In this document: positions 1 to 5,970 of the stretch, piece after piece
How positions within the stretch are numbered: position 1 is the stretch's first letter
How the letters are laid out: every line of letters starts with the position of its first letter
NCBI GenBank assembly: GCA_043816965.1
Contig: JBDRHK010000032.1
Span: 1-14,145 of the forward strand
Reading direction: 5' to 3'
Origin: Candidatus Iainarchaeum sp.
GTDB lineage: Archaea; Iainarchaeota; Iainarchaeia; Iainarchaeales; JAFCCJ01
Length of the DNA: 14,145 bases
Made by a program: the position numbers and the translations under genes
Notes under the pieces: generated by a model
Told to the model about the DNA's origin: nothing
Seen by the model: the letters and a program-made list of their open reading frames with translations, nothing else
Database searches by the model: none

Positions 1-134
1 CTAACTGCTTCTCAGGAATATTTACAAAAATAGTGTGTTTAAGGGGACCATCCGGCTGTTCCCCTTAACAACCCCTTACCGTGGCCTCGATTCATCTATC
101 CCCTAAAGGGGATAGGTTTCTCTCGGCCAGCGAA
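1..134 (-). mobile_element. Left end of an IS200/IS605-family element (partial; continues beyond window start)
   Basis: The minus strand reads TTAG(138-135)|TTCGCTGGCCGAGAG AAAC(119-116) CTATCCCC-TTTA-GGGGATAG(115-96) ATGAATC. This is a perfect 8-bp subterminal hairpin with a 4-nt guide at +16..+19, the same geometry as the IS608 left end. The hydrophobic EamA sequence breaks exactly at this junction. No tnpA/tnpB is visible in the window. Confidence 0.8.
39..68. repeat. Second inverted repeat inside the IS end (TTAAGGGGA-N12-TCCCCTTAA)
   Basis: 39-47 ttaagggga and 60-68 tccccttaa are exact reverse complements. Confidence 0.7.
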
Positions 135-585
135 CTAATGAAAGAATGTCTCCTTTGGTTGCAACAATAAATACTCCTATAAAGGATATTAGCATACTGG
201 CTAATTTTATAGTTGTGAACTTTTCTTTCAGAATTGGAACTGCAAATAAAATAACCATTATTGGCCAAAGGTAATTGATTATGAAAGCTTCTTGGGCGGG
301 AAGCAGGGCAATCGCACCATATAAGAAAATAAAATAGAGAAAAACACCCAGAAACCCCATGTAGGCAAAAGTCAAGTAATCCTTAGTTTTATAGCTTAAA
401 ACCAAGCTTAATTTTCCCTGAAAGAAAGCAATGGCAAATAAAGCGATAGTTGCAAAAAATGACGCAAAAAAAAGTAATTGAATATTACTTATATCGAAGA
501 GCAATAACTTGGAAACAGCTGCTGTAGAAGCCCATAAAAATACAGCCAAAAAAACAAACAAATAAGCCAAACGGTTACTATTCAT
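103..585 (-). pseudogene. EamA/DMT-family transporter, truncated after its first repeat by IS insertion
   Basis: About 5 TM segments with DMT motifs (LWAST, YMGFLG, AFIINYLWPIMVILFAVPILKEKF, LISFIGVFIV). Only ~150 native codons against ~290 for two-repeat EamA proteins. The last 10 residues (VRWPRETYPL) and the stop are read from the IS end. Confidence 0.8.
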
Positions 586-607
586 TCAAATAATAGAAAG
601 AAACTCA

Positions 608-615
608 TATTTAAA
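608..615 (-). promoter_or_regulatory. Putative TATA box (TTTAAATA) for the EamA gene
   Basis: Lies ~23 nt upstream of the ATG at 585, a spacing typical of leaderless archaeal mRNAs. Confidence 0.45.
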
Positions 616-622
616 TCCTAAG

Positions 623-636
623 TTTTTAAACACAAG
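623..636 (+). repeat. Left copy of 14-bp target-site duplication TTTTTAAACACAAG
   Basis: Identical to 1576-1589 and directly abuts the left inverted repeat. Confidence 0.92.
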
Positions 637-1575
637 TGTCTTATCCCGAATTAAGTTCCTTCGTAAAATTGATTTATACATGAGGAAACTTAATAAACGC
701 AAAGTTGCATGGATTGTTAGGGAACTGGGGAAGGGAGAACTCCCAACATCGCAGATAGCGAAACAGCAGGATATAACAGTACGCTGGGCAAAGGAGCTGC
801 TGAAGCGCTATGAGCAGGATGGCTATCTTCCGGTTCCGGGAAAACCAGGCCCGACACCAAAACCAATACTAAGTGCTGAGATAGAACTTGTTAAGTGGTT
901 CAAGGGGAAGCATGGTTCTGGTGCTGTCAACCTGGAGAAGATAATGCATAGGGAGGGAATATATATCTCACACAACAGGATACATTCTGTGCTGAAGAGC
1001 CAGGGACTGGCGAACAACGAGCCCAAGAAGCAGATGAGGAGGAAATGGGTTAGGTTTGAGAGGAAACACAGCAACAGCCTGTGGCAGACTGATTGGGTGG
1101 AGATCAACGGACTGCATATCATAGCCTTCATAGACGATGCCTCCAGGCTTATTATGGGGGTCGGGGTGTTTGGTGAGGCCACTGCGGATAATGCTGTGCT
1201 TGTGCTCAACCAGGCTGTGAAAGACCTTGGTGTTCCCAAACAGCTGATGTCTGACCATGGGACACAGTTTATGAGCAATATGTTCAGGGAGTGTGTTGAG
1301 GGGCTTGGAATAGAGCACATAAAGGCAAGGGTTAAGCATCCGCAGACCAATGGCAAGATAGAGCGGTGGTTCGGGACGCTTAAACAGATGCTGAAGCATT
1401 TCAAGGACCTGGATTATACTGTGTGGTTCTACAATAACGAGAGGCCGCACATGAGCCTTGAGAAAGCGGACGGGACACTGGTTACGCCCATTGAGGCGTT
1501 TCGGGCCAAGAGGTTAAAACGAGGTGAGGAATGTGAGGAAAAAAGCAAAAGTGGAAGTTAATTCAGGACAACACA
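637..1575 (+). mobile_element. Complete IS481-family insertion sequence, 939 bp
   Basis: IRL 637-659 TGTCTTATCCCGAATTAAGTTCC versus reverse complement of IRR 1553-1575 TGTGTTGTCCTGAATTAACTTCC (19/23 identical). TGT...ACA termini, a single DDE transposase ORF and 14-bp flanking direct repeats. Confidence 0.92.
680..1561 (+). CDS. IS481-family DDE transposase (HTH + rve integrase core), 293 aa
   Basis: N-terminal HTH; RFER..SNSLWQTD, DDASR, SDHGTQF, PQTNGKIERWF and YNNERPHMSL motifs. The stop codon lies inside the IRR. Confidence 0.93.
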   Translation: MRKLNKRKVAWIVRELGKGELPTSQIAKQQDITVRWAKELLKRYEQDGYLPVPGKPGPTPKPILSAEIELVKWFKGKHGSGAVNLEKIMHREGIYISHNRIHSVLKSQGLANNEPKKQMRRKWVRFERKHSNSLWQTDWVEINGLHIIAFIDDASRLIMGVGVFGEATADNAVLVLNQAVKDLGVPKQLMSDHGTQFMSNMFRECVEGLGIEHIKARVKHPQTNGKIERWFGTLKQMLKHFKDLDYTVWFYNNERPHMSLEKADGTLVTPIEAFRAKRLKRGEECEEKSKSGS

Positions 1576-1589
1576 TTTTTAAACACAAG
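1576..1589 (+). repeat. Right copy of 14-bp target-site duplication
   Basis: Identical to 623-636. Confidence 0.92.
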
Positions 1590-1674
1590 TCCTGGTTTAA
1601 GAGTTTTTAAACAAGGTCAGCCTGGCAGAAATGATTAAAAAGAACAAAACTACTCTATTATCAAGGGTGCAACA

Positions 1675-2118
1675 ATGGCGATTGAAATAGACGGGAAATT
1701 TCCTTTTGTTCATTTAAAGAAAAAGCAGAAGGCACAGGCATATGACATGAGCCAGATGACCAACCAGTCTGTGGTGGGGATTATTGAGCAGATGTGCCTG
1801 GATTTGAGGCCTGAAGATGAAATTCTTGAAACCCTGAATGAAATGGGCCTGGATGAGAAATCCGCGAAAAAAATCTATTTTCTTGCCAGGTCAAATATCC
1901 TGAAGGAATTCAAAACTGATATGGACAGGCTGACTGTCCAGAACCTTGAGGCAAGGCTTCCTGAAATTATAAGGAAAATGCAGAAGGACACAAAGCACAG
2001 GGCTGAAATGCGGGAAATAATGGAAAATTTTGATAAAATCGGGCTTGAGGAATTGAGGGTCGGGGATTTGAAGAAAAAGCCGAAATCTGCAGAAACTGCC
2101 GGCGAAAACGGGGATTAG
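1675..2118 (+). CDS. Hypothetical soluble helical protein, 147 aa
   Basis: Intact ORF with a GGGTG RBS-like motif upstream and charged helical composition. No recognised family. Confidence 0.75.
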   Translation: MAIEIDGKFPFVHLKKKQKAQAYDMSQMTNQSVVGIIEQMCLDLRPEDEILETLNEMGLDEKSAKKIYFLARSNILKEFKTDMDRLTVQNLEARLPEIIRKMQKDTKHRAEMREIMENFDKIGLEELRVGDLKKKPKSAETAGENGD

Positions 2119-2182
2119 CCGCCTTTTAAAGCCATTAATAAAAAAGAAGCCTTTAAAATGATTAAAAGCTATTAATTATTGG

Positions 2183-2539
2183 ATGAATACTAATCAAAAA
2201 TTATTGATTGGGTTTGCATTATTCACAGTCCTATTTCTGGCAATTATTTCTTTAGGGGGTTTAACCCTGAATGCGATTGCCGAAAATATTGTTGAGATTC
2301 TGTTTGGCTATGTTTATGTTTATTCGGTTATTGTTGTATGGGGGGCTTACAGGAAGGGCAGGAACAGTAACATCCTTATGGTGGCGGTTGGTGTTGGCTT
2401 CCTCCTGATTGGGAAAATTTTCGATATTTATTTCCACACAATAGGCTTCATTCCGGCAGATGCAAGGACAATCACGGACATAATCAGGCTTGTGGGAATT
2501 GTGCTTTTCCTTTTCGGCCTTTGGAGGGCGATAAAATGA
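2183..2539 (+). CDS. Small membrane protein (~4 TM), 118 aa
   Basis: Four hydrophobic segments; TATA-like ATTAAAA at 2161-2167; ATGA overlap with the next gene. Confidence 0.8.
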   Translation: MNTNQKLLIGFALFTVLFLAIISLGGLTLNAIAENIVEILFGYVYVYSVIVVWGAYRKGRNSNILMVAVGVGFLLIGKIFDIYFHTIGFIPADARTITDIIRLVGIVLFLFGLWRAIK

Positions 2540-2817
2540 CCGACACCATCTTTGCAATCGAGCTTGTGTCAGTCATAAGCTTTGTAATCGCCATTGGGAT
2601 GATTTATGTCGGCAGCCTTTATTTCAAAAGGCATGAAAGGAATTTCCGCTGGGTTGCCTACGGGCTTTATTTCCTTGCGCTGAGGTTTTTCATAGATATC
2701 CTGCTGGTTGTATTGGTGCCCACCCATGAGTTTTACAATATAATTCCCCGTGTAATGGGCCTTATCGGAGTATTGATAATAGTGCTAGCAATAACCGGAA
2801 AATTCGATGAAAAATAA
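2536..2817 (+). CDS. Small membrane protein (~3 TM), 93 aa, paralog of the upstream gene
   Basis: The ATG at 2536 overlaps the upstream TGA and follows GGAGG at 2523-2527, so it is preferred over TTG 2521. Three hydrophobic segments. Confidence 0.8.
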   Translation: MTDTIFAIELVSVISFVIAIGMIYVGSLYFKRHERNFRWVAYGLYFLALRFFIDILLVVLVPTHEFYNIIPRVMGLIGVLIIVLAITGKFDEK

Positions 2818-2819
2818 GG

Positions 2820-2826
2820 TATAAAT
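2820..2826 (+). promoter_or_regulatory. Putative TATA box (TATAAAT) for the C/D sRNA
   Basis: Preceded by a purine-rich BRE-like tract and ~22-28 nt upstream of the sRNA terminal stem at 2848. Confidence 0.55.
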
Positions 2827-2847
2827 TACTTTCCACAGCCAATTATC

Positions 2848-2913
2848 TGCCAGATGATGATTTGTAGGTACTGATTGTGGAAAACTTGATGATACTGGTT
2901 CGAACTGATGGCA
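2848..2913 (+). ncRNA. Archaeal box C/D methylation-guide sRNA
   Basis: TGCCA(2848-52), box C ATGATGA(2854-60), 10-nt guide, D' CTGA(2871-74), loop, C' TGATGA(2887-92), 12-nt guide, box D CTGA(2905-08), TGGCA(2909-13). All four boxes match consensus, there is a 5-bp terminal stem, and the locus is intergenic with an upstream TATA. Confidence 0.9.
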
Positions 2914-2966
2914 CTTAAAATTTGCTTTCACAGGCAATATTTTGCAAATTTTACAGAAGCAAAACA

Positions 2967-2998
2967 TTTATATTGCGCTTGTAGTATAATATATTACA
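2967..2998 (+). promoter_or_regulatory. TATA box and palindromic operator of the PIN/UPF0175 operon
   Basis: TTTATA at 2967-2972 follows GCAAAACA. TGTAGTATA-A-TATATTACA (2980-2998) is an 8/9 inverted repeat overlapping the start codon. Confidence 0.6.
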
Positions 2999-3492
2999 TG
3001 ATTGCAGTTGATGCTTCAACTCTAATATTAACGGCAAAAACAGAGTTGCTGGATCTTTTCCTGCAATCAACCAAGCAAGCAATTATTTCAGAAGAAGTTG
3101 AAAAAGAGGCAACAAAAAAGGAATCGTTTGATGCCATTCTGATAAGGCAACGAATCAAAGAAAAGAAAATAAGCGTAAAAAAAGCAAAGGGGAAAAAGCG
3201 GGTTGAAAAATTAGCAAAGGATTTCAAAATGCATAGGGGAGAAGCGGAAACACTAGTGCTATGCCTTGAAAACAATTGCCGAGGAATAGCAACAGACGAT
3301 TACAATGCAATGAAAGCATGTACGGTACTTGAAATAAAATATATTTCAACAATGGCAATATTGATAAATTTGGTTAAAAAAAAGAAATTGAACAGGGAAG
3401 AAGCCATGGGCAAATTGGATTTATTGGTAAAATATGGGAGATACTCAAAAGAAATTATTGATGATGCCAAAAACAAGATAGGAGGCGCATGA
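2998..3492 (+). CDS. PIN-domain (VapC-like, DUF3368/COG2405-type) toxin/nuclease, 164 aa
   Basis: MIAVDASTLI, ISEEVEKE, MHRGEAETL and IATDD supply the PIN acidic residues. ATG 2998 is preferred over 2908 because the PIN domain begins there and the extension overlaps the sRNA and promoter. Confidence 0.88.
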   Translation: MIAVDASTLILTAKTELLDLFLQSTKQAIISEEVEKEATKKESFDAILIRQRIKEKKISVKKAKGKKRVEKLAKDFKMHRGEAETLVLCLENNCRGIATDDYNAMKACTVLEIKYISTMAILINLVKKKKLNREEAMGKLDLLVKYGRYSKEIIDDAKNKIGGA

Positions 3493-3493
3493 A

Positions 3494-3790
3494 ATGCAGA
3501 AAGTGCTAAGCATGAGAATTGATGAAGACGACCTGGAGTTTGTCAGACTTGAGGCCAAAGAGGGAAAAGTTGATAAGGCAAAAATAATACGCGAACTCAT
3601 AGAGAAAGGCAGGCTACAAACAGCCATAGAACAGCACAGCCAAGGGAAAATATCGATAGGAAAGGCCGCAGAAAAGGCAGGAATAACAATAAGCGAAATG
3701 ATTGACAAACTGGCAGAGCTGGGGATACAAAACCCGATGACAAAAGAGCAATATCTCCGGGGGCTCAAAAACGCGGAAGAAATACTATGA
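3494..3790 (+). CDS. UPF0175-family antitoxin (RHH-like N-terminus + HTH), 98 aa
   Basis: KVLSMRIDEDD..KAKIIRELI (RHH-like) and GKISIGKAAEKAGITISEMIDKLAELGI (UPF0175 signature); GGAGG RBS at 3481-3485. Confidence 0.88.
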   Translation: MQKVLSMRIDEDDLEFVRLEAKEGKVDKAKIIRELIEKGRLQTAIEQHSQGKISIGKAAEKAGITISEMIDKLAELGIQNPMTKEQYLRGLKNAEEIL

Positions 3791-3924
3791 AACAAGAAAA
3801 GCCTACTTCCGAAGAAAAAAGGGCGATCAGGCGGGGAGTGAAAGAATTCAGGGAAGGTAGTTTCAGGCTCTGGCGTGAAATTAATTCAGGGATGAAGTTA
3901 ACCGGATGCCGGATAAAGAAATAA
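3787..3924 (+). CDS. Unannotated 45-aa ORF resembling the C-terminal half of archaeal RelB-type antitoxins
   Basis: Translated by hand: MKQEKPTSEEKRAIRRGVKEFREGSFRLWREINSGMKLTGCRIKK*. It has an ATGA overlap with the UPF0175 stop and fills the whole intergenic gap. Confidence 0.55.
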   Translation: MKQEKPTSEEKRAIRRGVKEFREGSFRLWREINSGMKLTGCRIKK

Positions 3925-3937
3925 ATTGGTGGCAAAA

Positions 3938-4621
3938 ATGCAGCAGGTTTTGAATTTCAGTTCCGGGGAGAAGGGGAAAATGAAAAAAATACTGGAGGAA
4001 TTTCCCCAGATTGGCACCAATACCCAATATGAGGAATACCGGTGCAAAATCGGGGCATGTACAGTTACCCTTTACAGCACAGGAAGAGTGGTTATTCAGG
4101 GCGAAACAAGTGAATTGGTGAAGGGCATGGTTCTTGGGAAAATGGATTTGAAAGAGGAATTGGTTTTTGGGATTGATGAGACAGGGAGAGGGGAATCTAC
4201 AGGCCCGTTTGTTGTAACAGGTGTTTTGGGTGACAGGAATAAACTAAGGGGCCTTCGGGACAGCAAGAAAATGAGTGATATTCAATCCGCTTATAAGCTG
4301 GCTACGGCCAATTCTATGGCAAGAATAACGGTTTCCCTCAATTCCGGCCAGATAGACCGGGTTAGGAACAAAGGGCTTACAATGAACGAAATAGAGGCCA
4401 AAATTGTGGATTCAATGGCCAAATTAATGGGGGAATTGGGGGAAAATGCACAAATTAGAGTAGATGGAAGTGCATTAAACACAAAGGAAAAGGGGATTGA
4501 ATTCCTCGTAAAGGGGGATGATAAGGATTCGGTTATTGGGGCTGCTTCGGTTATTGCAAAGGCTGTGAGGGATATGTCGGGAGATACGGGGACAAGGAAA
4601 AGTTGGAAAACTAAAAAATAG
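3938..4621 (+). CDS. Type 2 ribonuclease H with N-terminal TBP-like (RNase HIII/DUF3378-type) domain, ~227 aa
   Basis: YRCKIGACTVTLYSTGRVVIQG (RNase HIII N-domain); GIDETGRGE..GP, LRDSKK, VDG and KGDD..IGAASVIAK..RD. GGTGG RBS at 3928-3932 favours ATG 3938. Confidence 0.88.
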   Translation: MQQVLNFSSGEKGKMKKILEEFPQIGTNTQYEEYRCKIGACTVTLYSTGRVVIQGETSELVKGMVLGKMDLKEELVFGIDETGRGESTGPFVVTGVLGDRNKLRGLRDSKKMSDIQSAYKLATANSMARITVSLNSGQIDRVRNKGLTMNEIEAKIVDSMAKLMGELGENAQIRVDGSALNTKEKGIEFLVKGDDKDSVIGAASVIAKAVRDMSGDTGTRKSWKTKK

Positions 4622-4623
4622 GG

Positions 4624-5100
4624 CTAGTTCTTCTTTTTTGTTATTTTATTTTTTGCTGCTTTTTTTGCCTTGCCGGCGTAAATCATTTTGTGGAATTCTT
4701 CGGCCTCTTTCTGGGTTGCGGTTGGATAGCGCCTTGCCTTTATGTTAATTCCGTTGTTCTGAAGCTCAAGGAGGATTTCCTTCATTGCCTTTAGCTCAAT
4801 CTCAGTATTTGCCCTGAAATTGCTAAAGCCTTCCATCTGCTTGCCAAGGCCTTTGGGCACCTTAAGTGTGGAAAGGGATTTTTCCACATCATTTATCCTG
4901 TCATGGGCCATCCTCACCTTCTCATTCAGGGCGCGGAAATTGGATTCCATCATCTTAATCTCGGTAGCATTTCCCATCTGATTCTGGGAAGGAAGCATTA
5001 CATCCCCCTGTTCATCAGCAGGCTTGGTGAAAAACAGCAGCCCATGGCCCACTGTCAATGCCCCAACCATCACAAGCAAAAATGTAGTTATAACACTCAT
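4624..5100 (-). CDS. Hypothetical protein with N-terminal membrane anchor and coiled coil, 158 aa
   Basis: Hydrophobic N-terminus, heptad-like middle region and Lys-rich tail. Fills the gap between RNase H and TatD. Confidence 0.75.
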   Translation of the reverse strand: MSVITTFLLVMVGALTVGHGLLFFTKPADEQGDVMLPSQNQMGNATEIKMMESNFRALNEKVRMAHDRINDVEKSLSTLKVPKGLGKQMEGFSNFRANTEIELKAMKEILLELQNNGINIKARRYPTATQKEAEEFHKMIYAGKAKKAAKNKITKKKN

Positions 5101-5145
5101 AAAAACCCCAAACCACTAGAATTGTGCCCAGAACGGTTTAAATTA

Positions 5146-5892
5146 CTATTCCTGGGGAAAGAGATTTAAAGAGTTTTTAGAGGTGGTTTCCTCAATTTCT
5201 TTCAGCGGAATCCCGTGAATTTCCGCCACTTTTTCCGCAACTTTTGGAATCCAGGAAGGTTCCGCCGCTTTCCCGCCAAACTCGACCGGGGCATCAGTCT
5301 CGAGGAGCAGGGATTCAAGCGGAATTAGTTTTGTGAGTTCTGATGATTTTTTGTCTGAAAGGATTATTGGGCCTGCGGAGATGAAATATCCGAGGTCAAG
5401 GGCTTTTTCAATTGATTCTTTTTTGTTGTTGAACCAGTGCATGAGGACTTTTCCAGGGGAATTTTTTTCGAGAATTTCAAGGAGTTTTTCGTCCGAATAG
5501 CGGGAATGCACTATGAGGGGTTTTTTGTTTTCCATTGCGAGCGAGATAAATTCCTGCAGGTATTTTTCCTGCAACTCCTTCTGCGATTTTGTTTTCGCAT
5601 GCTTGTAGTCCAAACCAACTTCCCCAACTGCGGAAAAAGAAGCTAAATTCTTTTTTAAAAATTCAATTCCTTTCCTGATTTCATTTTCCTCCATAAAAAG
5701 CATGTCTTTTGGATGGATTCCCCCTGCTGCGGAAACTATTTCAAATTCTTCCGCGAGGGAAAGGTTTTTCCGCATTGAATCCAAATCTGTGGAATTTGAG
5801 ATTATTAGGCCCACTTGTGCCTTTTCAGCGGCTGAAACAACTTTTTCAGGGTTCCTGAACCAGTCCAGGTGGCAATGCGCATCAACAAACAT
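5146..5892 (-). CDS. tatD: TatD-family metal-dependent hydrolase/DNase
   Basis: DAHCHLD, GIHP, AVGEVGLDY, IVHSR, MHWF and LETDAP motifs; GGTGAG RBS upstream. The start may be TTG 5895. Confidence 0.95.
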   Translation of the reverse strand: MFVDAHCHLDWFRNPEKVVSAAEKAQVGLIISNSTDLDSMRKNLSLAEEFEIVSAAGGIHPKDMLFMEENEIRKGIEFLKKNLASFSAVGEVGLDYKHAKTKSQKELQEKYLQEFISLAMENKKPLIVHSRYSDEKLLEILEKNSPGKVLMHWFNNKKESIEKALDLGYFISAGPIILSDKKSSELTKLIPLESLLLETDAPVEFGGKAAEPSWIPKVAEKVAEIHGIPLKEIEETTSKNSLNLFPQE

Positions 5893-5970
5893 CAAAACTC
5901 ACCATATAATAAGATTTATAAGAATTATCCGAGAGAAAGAATTAAAGAAGCAACTTTTTTGGTGTTTTTT

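Noticed and set aside
1..40. Possible 3' end of tnpA on the plus strand
   Set aside because: Too short, and no Y1-transposase motif (e.g. YIxxQ) is visible.
823..1450. Minus-strand ORFs 823-1404 and 968-1450
   Set aside because: Antisense shadows of the transposase with no recognisable motifs.
621..1625. Repeated TTTTTAAACA motifs as a possible CRISPR array
   Set aside because: Only three short copies with irregular spacing, two of them explained by the target duplication, and no cas genes.
2897..2904. GGTTCGAA resembling a tRNA T-loop (tRNA remnant or tRNA-targeting guide)
   Set aside because: No T-stem or cloverleaf. It lies within the D guide, and D+5 would point to A58 rather than the usual Cm56.
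2785..2997. ORF 2785-2967 (-) and the 30-aa N-terminal extension of the PIN ORF from 2908
   Set aside because: They overlap the C/D sRNA and the TATA/operator region, and the PIN fold starts at Met 2998.
2998..5892. PIN, RNase H and TatD as a nuclease defence island
   Set aside because: RNase H and TatD look like housekeeping enzymes on opposite strands, and no defence-system partners are present.
5869..5970. Upstream extension of the thioredoxin-fold ORF
   Set aside because: Overlaps the tatD start and the divergent promoter region; ATG 5971 is more plausible.
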